Of a stretch of DNA of 64,000 nt, positions 54,701-64,000 are shown piece by piece (positions within the stretch are counted from its first letter, which is position 1; each line of letters begins with the position of its first letter). Source of the DNA: Carpediemonas membranifera BICM (Eukaryota > Protista > Fornicata); NCBI GenBank assembly GCA_019828565.1, contig JAHDYR010000038.1, positions 202,735-266,734 on the forward strand, written 5' to 3'. The translations under genes and the position numbers were made by a program. The notes beneath the pieces are model-generated. The model made no database searches. It was not told where the DNA came from and was given only the letters and a program-made list of their open reading frames with translations.

Positions 54701-56444
54701 GAGGAGCGAGGAGCTCGACGCGCACATCATCAGCGGCGACGTCGGAAAGATGCGCTCGAAGAAGCTGCTCAGAGATCCACTGTTCGACCCAGTCGTCCTC
54801 AGCTGCCTCGACCGGGAGGGCCGGTCGCCCTTGTACAGCGCGTTCGTGCACGACCAGCCGCAAGCCTTCGCGACGCTGCTCAAGGCCGGCTGTCTGCTCG
54901 ACGACGCCTTTCCGGACGGCCACCCGCTGCTGGCCGCCGTCGCCAAGCCGCCGATGCTGGCCGCGATGCTTGATACGAGGGTTGATCTCGACACCGTCAG
55001 CCGGAACACGACTGCGCTCGTGGTCGCCATCCAGGGCGGCCACTGGGACTCCGCGACTAAGCTTCTCGCCCGCGGCGCCGACCCCCTCCTCCCGCCGGTA
55101 GGCGTCAACGCGCTGCAGGCCGCCAAGCGCGTGACAGACTCGCTCATGGCTGGCGTGATCCGGGCCGCCATCGACAGCGTCCTGACGAAGCAGCTCGACA
55201 AATCCATCACGCAGGGCAACACCGCTGCTGTGAAGCGGCTGCTCACGGCGGGCGTGCCCGCGAACGGTGTGGAGGGCAAGATGCCTCCGCTCTTCGCCGC
55301 CGTCAAGGCGGGCAACTTCGACATCGTCAGCCTGCTGCTGAAGCACGGCGCCGACCGGGCCGCGACGTACAAGGGCAAGACAGCTGCCCAACGCGTGAAG
55401 AAGAACAGCAATCTGCAGTTCTTGCTGCAGAGCAAAGCGGAGCCCGCGCGCGTGAACTATGACCTCAACGTGGACATCACAAAGCCGGCGGGCAGCATTG
55501 TGTTCAGCCAGGCCGACCGCATCGGCGAGGGCGGCATGGCGGCCGTATTCCGCGGCACGTACGGCGGCAGCGAATGCGCTGTCAAGGTCGTCGCGCGGGC
55601 CGACCTGAACGCGATGCAGGCCGACCGACTCCAGAGCGAGATCTTCATCCACAAGCAGCTGCGCCATAACAACGTCATCGGGCTCTACGCGCTCGAGCAG
55701 GATTATACGGAGATCCGGCTCGCGATCGAGCTCGCGTCGGGGTCGCTCTCGGCGCTGCTGCTCTCGAAGACCGACCTGCCCTGGGACGCGCGGCTGCAGT
55801 TCGCGCGCGACATCGCCACGGCCATGGCGTTTATGATTGGCGAGGGCTACGAGCACAGGGACCTCAAGTCGCTCAACGTCCTCATCACTGGCTCCACAGC
55901 AAACCTTAGCGACTTCGGGCTGACCGCGCGACTTGAAGATCATGTGAATTTCGTCGAGGGCTCGTGGCCGTGGATGGCGCCCGAGCGCTTCGACGGCGTG
56001 GGCGGCGAGAAGGCCGACGTCTACGCCTTCGGCATCACGCTCTGGGAGATCGCCGCGCGCGACATCCCGTATCGCCAGGAGCACCTCGGGCTCGACGCAA
56101 TCCGCGCGCACGTGCGGGCTGGCTACCGGCCGATGATTCCCGCGGGCACGCCGGCCGCCGTGGGCGAGCTGATCAACCGATGTGTGGCGCCCGACCCGCG
56201 CGACCGGCCCACCTTCGCGGAGGTTGTCGCCGCGCTCCCCGACAGCGTCTCGACCGAGATGCTCCCGGAAAGCGCCGTGCACAACCACGAGGTCGGCACG
56301 TTCGCGAACGCCAGCGCGCCCGGCATGACGCTGTCCGAAGACGAGAGAGCAGCCGCGCTCGCCGCGATGGGCACGGTCACCGCGACATACCGCACGAACG
56401 CGCCCAGCGCCCCAGGCCTGCGCACGCTGAACGGGGCATATTAA
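51741..56444 (+). CDS. WD40 + unknown repeat + ankyrin + TKL protein kinase
   Basis: 7 WD40 repeats, ankyrin motifs (SPLY, TALVVA, PPLFAAV), kinase GEGGMA, AVK, HRDLKSLN, DFG, WMAPE. Confidence 0.92.
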   Translation: MQPAASLRESSNTVDRSNGASSTIISRSQSCIIVDGWIRKATTRVFTTEDKFHLRPLAESPLTATDLALILDNLSVRPREFSMRLTEPDLTVTMRHGKLAADKPDSAVDDLLAAWNARMTECIQTMKGHTNHVISVAFLPDGTMVTGSRDGTTKLWDKHGVCTMTMEHGGRVMCIAVSPDGSTIASGGSDHKIKLWNQTDRLVATLEGHANDVRSIAFSSDGKTLVSGSDDKTVRTWDIATGECRTMEGHSREILSVAITPDGKTIVSGSSDCTVKVWDAESGRLEQTMNEHTDSVTTVAVSPDGTVMVSGSADKTIRLWDTRTWVYFAVCRGHTGAVRSVAFSPDSRTLASGSEDKSIKLWDIGEGSGDCYQTLWGHTYWVFGVAFSPDGSTLLSGSTDSSAKLWQIKHSPEIEEVCAQSTLDADISLPSDDSPLSIRDLARVTAQMLATGLPRSFEMRLARSPVIISMDDGLFLETPASPEVRLLLAPLNYSRLNKLVAQACADAEIELPVTSTAVMDPHGFISVSPSDDKIAAALLPVNRPHIAAVFARICAQPVTSDTAISIAPADLSTLKKLLAHVEAFGVAPRSFKVQLDDQATTVTLGPTGFEVAPPNQTVAKVLSGFSFLTTHLGAISTDDEISLGEEAPLTANDFRAALSRLAGRRIAPRSFEMKLSKPQIVVKLNAEKFLVARGAATGSAQNPVTAIMNQFNQAVFRHKIDEFCAQPVTADSDVYLTFDKKSAPILRITLGDLSRVVDHILSCHVLPRSFTMQLRSPQCTIQRNNDGFFCPSVPKSAVYDIIDPLNRICLDAILDGRLRRPVNSKTELRYMFPGYVPTDARDLRRVLDHATAGDKLPRVFQMKVNRPETTVSLGPRGFTSTHANSGVNAVLKQVNALPVVAKLIKVHDAERMLSGADDAIFTDANLESAKALLDKANVLLTVAGPHATQLKERVLALRTDLARLQPVQALDEDLMPALKGRVKEALERSEELDAHIISGDVGKMRSKKLLRDPLFDPVVLSCLDREGRSPLYSAFVHDQPQAFATLLKAGCLLDDAFPDGHPLLAAVAKPPMLAAMLDTRVDLDTVSRNTTALVVAIQGGHWDSATKLLARGADPLLPPVGVNALQAAKRVTDSLMAGVIRAAIDSVLTKQLDKSITQGNTAAVKRLLTAGVPANGVEGKMPPLFAAVKAGNFDIVSLLLKHGADRAATYKGKTAAQRVKKNSNLQFLLQSKAEPARVNYDLNVDITKPAGSIVFSQADRIGEGGMAAVFRGTYGGSECAVKVVARADLNAMQADRLQSEIFIHKQLRHNNVIGLYALEQDYTEIRLAIELASGSLSALLLSKTDLPWDARLQFARDIATAMAFMIGEGYEHRDLKSLNVLITGSTANLSDFGLTARLEDHVNFVEGSWPWMAPERFDGVGGEKADVYAFGITLWEIAARDIPYRQEHLGLDAIRAHVRAGYRPMIPAGTPAAVGELINRCVAPDPRDRPTFAEVVAALPDSVSTEMLPESAVHNHEVGTFANASAPGMTLSEDERAAALAAMGTVTATYRTNAPSAPGLRTLNGAY

Positions 56445-56597
56445 TCGTGACCTAAGCGAGGCTTGCGTTAGTGTCCCAATCGACTCTGGGTTCTAATAAA
56501 GCAAACAGATTGAGTGATTGTCAGACACTCACGTGCACATTGACTGGGTGGGTTGGGCTTGGTCGTTCAATCAAGAGCTACAAGAGACTATACGGAG

Positions 56598-56858
56598 ATG
56601 GAGGCAACCAAGAAAAACCAATACGCCAACTACTCTGACGAAATTGAACTCGTCATCTTCAACCTCTCACCCGATGGCGGGAACCTCGACGCCTGTGCCA
56701 AACGGGCGCGCGATCTCTGCAAGCGCGAGTCGGGAGGATACGCACCACCGCTGAAACTTGTCCGTGAACACCTAGCAGAAGCCTTTATGCGCGAGACAGT
56801 GAAAGCCCACCAGGCCCACGGAGCCGCAGCCCACCTGGCGCTGCAAGACCTTGCCTAG
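56598..56858 (+). CDS. Small hypothetical protein
   Basis: ATG ORF with coding-like composition. Confidence 0.35.
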   Translation: MEATKKNQYANYSDEIELVIFNLSPDGGNLDACAKRARDLCKRESGGYAPPLKLVREHLAEAFMRETVKAHQAHGAAAHLALQDLA

Positions 56859-58089
56859 GTATCTCAGTTCCACACAGCTACAACCCTCTGCAGTATAATG
56901 GGCTATATAAATCAAATCCAGTTTTGAGTGACTCTTCATTTGAAAAACAGAACCGAGAAAACACAATGGGCAACGCAGGCAACGCAGGAACGGGAAACTT
57001 ATACCCCCATACCACTGAGTATGGAAACGACAATTCGTTAGCAAGGACTGGTGAGAACGGGAATGTACAAGGCATTTAGGTGTGTCATCCTGTAGGCTGG
57101 CATTCGTGGCCACTGGATGTGATAAACGCATTCTCAGAGATCGATCGATGGTTTCTGCCCATCCATTGTCAGAAATATGTTCCCAGAAATTTGTGGCAGA
57201 GATACGCCGAGCGGATAACTGGACTCCTGACCGTGCCTTGCCCGCCCGCAATATTCGGCTGCATCTGGTCATCTGCTTGGATTCAGCAGACGACTCAGTG
57301 CGCTTGGCAGAGTCATCAACAGACGTAAGCTCCCAGATGACACTTGCAGGAGGCCGCGTCGTCACGTGGCACGGCCAAATGTCACACACGTCGCTGTCCA
57401 TGATGCTGCTGAAATTGCTCCCTACAGACGCGAAAGATGCATATGACTGGCACCGCTGGGTCGAGATAACTGCCGAGTCGTCCTCTCGAGGGGTCAGAGG
57501 CCAGTGGCCGATCTCGATCACAGACGAGAGCACCTCATACAGCAAAGCAATGTTTTGGAGGGCTGTGTTCACATTAGCTCCATGAGCCTACGTCTCCACA
57601 AATGTCTCCATTCATCGGATATCGGCCTTGACTGCTGATATCCACAAAATCTCTTCCCATTTTCGGACAAGTTGGGGCCAATGTGTGTCAATGTTCCCAT
57701 TTTCTGCGCATAACTCTCATCATTGTTTACGGAAGACGCCTCTCTGCTCTTGCTCGAGAACGAAGACTCTGGCTCCAGGGCCATCAGCAGGCCCTTGGTG
57801 CATTGGTGGAAGTACCTTGAAATACTCTTGTTTAGGAGCTGGTGATCCAATGCCTGTTTCTTCAACGTTTCCCATAGCTTTGTCGTCGAAAGTGATTCTG
57901 CCATAAACTGCGGGCGACACTATCTCAAAAAAACTCATATGTATCTCGGAAATCTCCCAACCAAATAACCGCTACATGTACCAGAGCCGCATATCCGACT
58001 AGCCCGAGGCAGACGACACGCGGACTTCCTGTTTGCTGAACAATCTGTGAAATGCGATAAGCACACAAGCCCTTAGCCCGATAAACAGC

Positions 58090-58834
58090 CTATTTAGTCT
58101 TACAATCGGCCAACTCCACATGCATGACCTGCTCCACCACTGTGCCCGCCCCCCGCTGTCTCATCAGAGACCAGGATATCCAGGCTGAGAACAAGGCGCA
58201 TGCTGGCCACACGAAGTCTCCGTCTGGATTCTTAAAGGGGATCCGGTATGCGAATTCAATGTCGCCACCGCAAATTGCGCGGTAGAAAAGACCGGCAAGA
58301 ATCATAGCAAGTCCGGGGGCCCAGGAACGCACAGAGCTGTTGACAGGCCTGGCTACCGCCTGCTTATGCAGCACGTACCCGACAATGACCGGGGGAAAGT
58401 GGCATATCCACTGAGTGAGAGGAGGGCAAGGGACAAACCTGCTCGTGGCTCCAGCGGTTGGGCCAGTAGAGGACGATGAAGGAGAGCACTGTGACCCCAT
58501 AGCTGAATGTGACGGCGGTGATGTAGAGCTCGCCCCGCTCGATGGCCCGGTTGACGCGGGAAGAGAGGGAGGGGTGGGAGGCGACGAGACGCTTGAAGAG
58601 ATAGGTGATCACAAGAACTTGATGCGTCAAAAACATGTAGTAGCACTGATAGACCGGAAGGTGAAAGCCTTCAAACTTCGGGGAGCGTGTAGAAATGATG
58701 GAATTGAAGAAGCTCGTCGCCAGAAGCCAGAGGATCCGAACGACATCGGAATACCATGGTACATGAAGATATAGCTCTCGGCTGTCAAGAACGGAAGCAG
58801 ATCGCTTCTCAGTCGCCGCTGAACCAGCAGCCAT
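58090..58834 (-). CDS. Multi-pass membrane protein (possibly FAR-17a/AIG1-like)
   Basis: Several hydrophobic helices; 28-nt intron 58411-58438 joins SHEQ|WICHFPP; FLT and H..P motifs. Confidence 0.55.
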
Positions 58835-59022
58835 TCAGGCTGGACTTTGCGAAATTCGCAAACGATCAAGGGAAGCGGACACAAAGTTTGGTCATCACGG
58901 GAAGGACAATCTAACGGCTAGCCAACCAAGTCGCCCATGTACATCCACTGTCAGCTTCCTCGCATACGACTGTACGAAACAGTGAGTGGACGCCCCTCGT
59001 TCCCGTCCTAAGTTGTGTAAGT

Positions 59023-59673
59023 TTACTCCTTGGCCTCGCCGGCTTCCTCAGCTTCCTTCTCGGGGGCGGCCTCCGCATTCTTAGCGTGTCTGACACGCTT
59101 GCTGCGCTGCTTGTTGCTCTTCCTCCCTTCCTTGAGAACCTTCATAGAGGCGACGTTCGCCTTATAGTCCACAGTATCAACGCCGAGGAGGTTTTTGATC
59201 TTCTCCTGCACTCTCTGGCGCACCTTACCGTCTCTGGCGTCATCCAGCCAAACCATGACGGAGTCGTCCTTCGCGCGGACGTGAACAGTGACGCCGATAA
59301 TACCGGGCTCCTCAAAGACCTCGCCCATAGCCGCCGCAGCCACAGCCTCCCAGATGTGGTTGACAGTGAGCTCCTGCTGCCGTCTGATCTTGACAGAGAA
59401 GGTGCCGCCGTTGGGGAGGGACTCCCAGAGCGGGAGACTTCCCTCGCGGAAGATGTGAACGTTGTCGTCCTTCTCAAGGTCAGAAGGACGCTTCATTTGG
59501 GAGAAGACCGCGTTGAAATCCTCGACTGAGGAGATGGAGGCCACGTTGCTGAGATTCTCCTTGTACTCAGAGGGCGCGTCTACTTTCGTATCACGCTTGT
59601 TGTAGTATGTTACCCATGTCGACTGGAAGCCGTGGATGTCGCTCTGTTCCGTCTGCTGCGTAGTTTCAGCCAT
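59023..59673 (-). CDS. eIF4E: Translation initiation factor eIF4E family protein (divergent)
   Basis: H..QSTW, SVEDF, HIFREG..PLWE...NGG, W, GVTV..R, VW motifs. Confidence 0.9.
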   Translation of the reverse strand: MAETTQQTEQSDIHGFQSTWVTYYNKRDTKVDAPSEYKENLSNVASISSVEDFNAVFSQMKRPSDLEKDDNVHIFREGSLPLWESLPNGGTFSVKIRRQQELTVNHIWEAVAAAAMGEVFEEPGIIGVTVHVRAKDDSVMVWLDDARDGKVRQRVQEKIKNLLGVDTVDYKANVASMKVLKEGRKSNKQRSKRVRHAKNAEAAPEKEAEEAGEAKE

Positions 59674-60265
59674 TTCGTTCAATTCGACTCTGGCGGGTTT
59701 TGCCTTTTGCCCCGGAAACCGTGCCGGTGCAGCGTTATCAGACTTGCATGCGACTAGTAGACACATGATGCTGCATGAAGCAGGCATGGCTCCAGCATGG
59801 AGCGAATTTCCTTACTGTGCTAGCCTGGCTGATCATCATCTGCTAAGCATCGAGAAGCTCTATCCCTTCAAGGTGCTATAGCACTCGCGTGGTCGTTACC
59901 ACAGCACTGGCAGGGAGGGTGCGAGTCGCCTTTCTCCTCGCCCCTCACTTCATCTGTTGACGGTGTCAATGAACAGCTTGCGGCACCGAGAGTGTTGTGA
60001 GGGGCCGGATGACCTATTATCTCTGGGAATCAACACTTATGATGCAGCGGCAGTTGAGAAATACAAAGTCGAGGAGTCAGCATCCATATGCGAATGATTG
60101 ATGCAAGGACTACAGACTGTAGAATCACATGCTGAGCACATATTTGCCGTTTTATTGTTCTAGAAAGCCAAAACGGCTATCTGTTCTCCTTCTAGCACGA
60201 TATTTTGCTCAAACTGAGATGATTGCGAATCCTGGAACGATAGGCTGTGCATTCATCCAAAACCC

Positions 60266-63109
60266 ATGATTGCACGAATAACGCATCCAAGATTCTGTGC
60301 TCACGACGATATATCGCTCATTCTCGTCGCCCTTCCCTTCCTCCTTATCGCAATGATCGCTGTCTTCCGTTCCTTCGCCGTTGCCGACGAGCTTCCTCCA
60401 TTTATCGCCGACGTAGGCGACTTCTCCACCAAGGGCAGCGGCCTAGAGTTCACTGACCCAGACGTCGTTGATCTGCCGCCCGACTTGCTCCAGTCTGACG
60501 GTGATCTCATTCCTCTCGAGGAGCTGGCCACAAACTTCTCGTACCGCGACAACCCATGCCGTTCAGAGATCCTTGATCAAGGCGGCTGCGGCAGCTGCTG
60601 GAGCGCAGTGACCGCGGTGATGCTCAACGACCGCTTCTGCCTCGAGTCCAACGGCACACTGCGCCCTCGCATATCGGCCGAGTTCCACATTCAGTGCGAC
60701 CACCAGTGCGCGTACGGTGTCTGCAACAACGGGTGCGATGGCGGCCACTACTTCTCGTCACTGACGTTTACAAACAAGTACGGCGCCACCACCGAGGCCT
60801 GCTACCCCGCCCAGAGCCACTCAACGCCGTACGAATACGACTGCAAGGCCATATGCCCTGGCACACCCCTTGGTGCCCCCATCCCGCGCTACATGACGGG
60901 CGAGCTGTACAGGGTTACTGGCGAGAAGGCGATGGCGAACGAACTCGTCGCCCACGGCCCAATTCCCGTCGCCATACGGCTTTACTCGGGCCTGTACACC
61001 CTCGAGCCGGGTCAGGTTTACGTCAAGACCGACAACGAGATCTATAGAGGAGGTCATGCCGTCGTCATCGTCGGCTACGGCGTGACTTCGGATGGAGTCA
61101 AATACTGGGAGTGTGCCAACTCCTGGGGCCCCAACTACTGCGACCAGGGCTACTTCTGGATCCGCCGCGGGTCGAACGAGCTGTCGATCGAGTCGTATCC
61201 CTGCGGAGTCGCCCCCATCCTGACGGCCCAGATCACGGTCACCGCGCCCGCCTCAGGTGATGCTCTCATCGTAGGCAAGGGTGCGGGTGTCGAGTGGACC
61301 ATCTCGGGTCACGTACCCGAGACAGTCGTGATCAAGCTGGTCAAGGGCACCAAGACGGTCGCCACACTCGCCGAGGCCGCGCCCAACACTGGGTCATTTG
61401 CGTTCACTGTGCCCGGGGTCGCCGTTGGTGCAGATTATGCCGTATCGGTCATATGTGAGGCCGCACAGGGCAAATCGGCCGTCTTCACAGTCACCGCTGA
61501 GTTCACCGCGACGGTCACAGCGCCCAAGGCAGGCGATATCATCGAAACGGGCGCGACCATCTCTTTCTCGTGGACTATCTCGCCTACCAGCGCCATCTCC
61601 CTTCTGCCACCCGCCAGGTTGAGTCTGGCCGGGCCTGTCAACCTGACGCTCGGTACTTCGCTGCCCCTGGACAAGGATGCGGCGACCCTGCTGCCTCTGA
61701 GCATCCCCGAGGGCGACTATGTCGTTCGGCTCACCATCGGTGACAGCTCATTCGACTCGGGTAAGTTTGAGATCCAGATCGGCGGCAAGAAGACTATCAC
61801 TGTTGGTAAGATGAGCGCCAGCTACGAGAAGGGCGCCGCAGCCTCTGTGACATGGCGAGTCAAGCCGGACAGCACGATATTCGACGCCCTCACAGTCACG
61901 CTGGTCGGCCCCCTCTCCAACGGCATCGGGGATAGCGAGACAGTGATGGGCACCGTCAACAACACAGGATCGTTTGCCTGGACGCCGGCAGACTCCTTGG
62001 CTGACGGTAGCTATTTCATACGCGTCGCATCCGTGGAGAAGCCCTCCGTCGCTGGTGAGTCGACTCTCTTCACCATCGAAGACCCGGAGACCATCGGCCC
62101 TGGCCTTCGGATGATCAGTCCTACCTCTGTCTCGGTCTGGCGCCAGGGGGAGATGGCGACGGTGCGGTGGAACACCACGGGCGATGTGCCCTTCGTCACA
62201 GTGGAGCTCTTCAACGCAGGCATGCTGTCGGAGACGATCGCGGAGAAGGTCGTCAACAACGGCTCCGTCAACTTCACACCGACGGAAAAGCAGACGCCCG
62301 CGGATACTTATAGCGTCCGCGTGCGCCAGTCTGCCAACCCGACCGTCCTGGCGCTCTCAGGGCAGTTCATCATCTGGGAACCACGCGCTGAGCCGTCCAT
62401 GAAGTTCGACAGGCCGCGAAACACAACCATCGCCATCCCTGGAAAGCAGACGCTGGTCCGGCTGGTCAGTAGCGGCGGTACGTCGACGACACTCACGCTG
62501 CGTGACGCTGAGATGAATAAGATCGCCAATTTGTCAAGCGCGAGGCTCTCGGATGGCACCAACGACGTCGCTGTCACAATCCCCGCCACGACTGCCCCTG
62601 GTACGTACCGGATCCAGGCCTACGACCCCGCCACAGGCGTCATCGCCAACTCCGCACTCTTCACAGTCCAGGAATCGGTTGGGCCAATTGACCTCGAGCA
62701 ACCGACCGCCGCCTCCATTTGGTCAGCACTAGCGGATGTTCAGGTGCGCTGGTCAACCGCCGACCCGGCGACGCCGATGACAGTCGTCCTTTACAAGGGG
62801 TCCACCCTCATCACCGTCCTCGCCCGCGATGTCACAGGTGGTGTGTTTGACTGGCGTGTGCCTGATTTGATTAACCCAGCTGATGGCTACATCATCCGGG
62901 TGCGGACGTCGGAAGCGCCCTACTCCTTTGTGGACTCCGCAGAGTTTGTGGCGGAGGCGGACCCGGACGCTGAGGACGAGCCGCTCGATCCTCCCGAGCC
63001 GACTGTGCGCGAAGAAGACGACGACGATGATGAAGAAGACGACGACGGGGCCGGGCTGAGTGGCATGTGTGCAGCCGTACTGACAGCGGGGCTGCTGGTC
63101 CTGGTATAA
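60266..63109 (+). CDS. Cathepsin B-like C1A protease with ~6 C-terminal Ig-like/Kre9-type beta domains and a GPI-like tail
   Basis: DQGGCGSCW, GCDGG, GGHAVVIVGYG, ANSWG; repeats 'P...V.W......L....N.GSF.W.VP....Y.I.V'; acidic linker and hydrophobic C-terminus. Confidence 0.9.
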   Translation: MIARITHPRFCAHDDISLILVALPFLLIAMIAVFRSFAVADELPPFIADVGDFSTKGSGLEFTDPDVVDLPPDLLQSDGDLIPLEELATNFSYRDNPCRSEILDQGGCGSCWSAVTAVMLNDRFCLESNGTLRPRISAEFHIQCDHQCAYGVCNNGCDGGHYFSSLTFTNKYGATTEACYPAQSHSTPYEYDCKAICPGTPLGAPIPRYMTGELYRVTGEKAMANELVAHGPIPVAIRLYSGLYTLEPGQVYVKTDNEIYRGGHAVVIVGYGVTSDGVKYWECANSWGPNYCDQGYFWIRRGSNELSIESYPCGVAPILTAQITVTAPASGDALIVGKGAGVEWTISGHVPETVVIKLVKGTKTVATLAEAAPNTGSFAFTVPGVAVGADYAVSVICEAAQGKSAVFTVTAEFTATVTAPKAGDIIETGATISFSWTISPTSAISLLPPARLSLAGPVNLTLGTSLPLDKDAATLLPLSIPEGDYVVRLTIGDSSFDSGKFEIQIGGKKTITVGKMSASYEKGAAASVTWRVKPDSTIFDALTVTLVGPLSNGIGDSETVMGTVNNTGSFAWTPADSLADGSYFIRVASVEKPSVAGESTLFTIEDPETIGPGLRMISPTSVSVWRQGEMATVRWNTTGDVPFVTVELFNAGMLSETIAEKVVNNGSVNFTPTEKQTPADTYSVRVRQSANPTVLALSGQFIIWEPRAEPSMKFDRPRNTTIAIPGKQTLVRLVSSGGTSTTLTLRDAEMNKIANLSSARLSDGTNDVAVTIPATTAPGTYRIQAYDPATGVIANSALFTVQESVGPIDLEQPTAASIWSALADVQVRWSTADPATPMTVVLYKGSTLITVLARDVTGGVFDWRVPDLINPADGYIIRVRTSEAPYSFVDSAEFVAEADPDAEDEPLDPPEPTVREEDDDDDEEDDDGAGLSGMCAAVLTAGLLVLV

Positions 63110-63564
63110 AGATCATAGCTTTGGCGACTGTTGATAGAGGGAGGATGGTGTGAGGCTGATTCTCATGAGGGCTCCAAAGCTCTCCCTACCTCATGCCGAG
63201 CTCAGACCCAGCTCATGTTCCTGGGCTTCACCATGCGGCTGCCAACAGTCTTTATCATGACTGATCTAGCTAATTCCCAGAAAATCGGCCACAATCAGAT
63301 TGATCAGAGTCAAGCAAGTCACTCGCACTACAAATACAAATACGGAGACGGTGGCGTAATTTTCAGCAGGAAGATTGGGTCCCACTGCTGGATCGTGCGT
63401 GCCCCTGACGCGGCCACCAGTAACCTTGGCCACGACCGTCGATTTGATGGAGTTCCGTCTCACCCTGCATTGGATGATCAATGATCGCCCAACTCAACTG
63501 TAGCACGAGCCTGACATTCAAAGGTGAGGTTGGACCCAATTCGATTCAAGGGTAAAAAATCTTT

Positions 63565-64000
63565 TTACTGAGTCTTCTTGGGCACGTTGAGGCCGACGCC
63601 TGGCAGCTGCATGGGCGACAACACCAGCTTGGCGCCAGGTCGAGGCATGCCTACCATGGGGGGCAACCCCGACCGCCCGAGGGCTGGGGGGAGTCGAGCT
63701 ACAGGAGGTGTCCCGGCCGGAGGGGAAATAGGAGGCAGCTTCATCGGGCTGGCTGTGGATGGGTTGGGCGATTGGCCAAGGGGCTGGCGGATGGCGGGGA
63801 GGGCACGAACACCGTTAGGGACGTTGATGCCTCCGATGCCGTTAAGAGCTGACCGACCGGGCATCATTGCCGGCTTGGGCAAGGGCGGTAGGGCCATGGG
63901 GGACAGCACAGTCGGGGTCGACCCGACGATGGGCTGGGGCTTCAGGTCCTCGTCGTCACTGCCTTTGGTCTTGGTCCTAAACAGCATGACGACCTCGACG
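63565..64000 (-). CDS. Proline-rich C-terminus of a gene running in from the right edge
   Basis: Open frame with biased codons, Pro-rich. Confidence 0.55.
   Translation of the reverse strand, partial: VEVVMLFRTKTKGSDDEDLKPQPIVGSTPTVLSPMALPPLPKPAMMPGRSALNGIGGINVPNGVRALPAIRQPLGQSPNPSTASPMKLPPISPPAGTPPVARLPPALGRSGLPPMVGMPRPGAKLVLSPMQLPGVGLNVPKKTQ

Noticed and set aside
56772-57938. Possible minus-strand gene
   Set aside because: Overlapping ORFs with no motif or clear splice model; unsupported.

Overview
Eukaryotic genomic DNA with GC-rich genes and very short (26-36 nt) GT-AG introns. The gene content (NfnAB fusion, RCC1-like and cathepsin families) suggests an anaerobic protist, possibly a Carpediemonas-like metamonad; that assignment is inference. 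Positions 927-35029 form one ~34.1-kb giant DNA transposon-like element. It has ~60-bp imperfect terminal inverted repeats (CATGCTG...CAGCATG) and is flanked by TT on both sides. It splits the reverse transcriptase of a DIRS-type retrotransposon: removing it restores the reading frame YRYN-TLGFG...YLDD. Inside are two divergent DDE transposases with CMC/Chapaev/Transib-RAG1-like motifs. The cargo is dominated by chromatin and signalling enzymes: 2 PHD-type finger proteins, 2 SET domains, a GNAT acetyltransferase, 2 OTU-like deubiquitinases, an inverted pair of kinases, HEPN RNase-like proteins, a caspase-fold-like protease and a degenerate tyrosine-recombinase-like ORF. A ~0.4-kb spacer repeat occurs five times, and there is a long hairpin. 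Positions 36.7-64 kb are host genes: NfnAB/Sud fusion, a secreted protein, RCC1-like, cathepsin L-like, exportin-like, WD40 and WD40-ankyrin-TKL kinase, a divergent eIF4E, and a cathepsin B with repeated beta domains. All domain calls come from motif reading by eye, not database searches.
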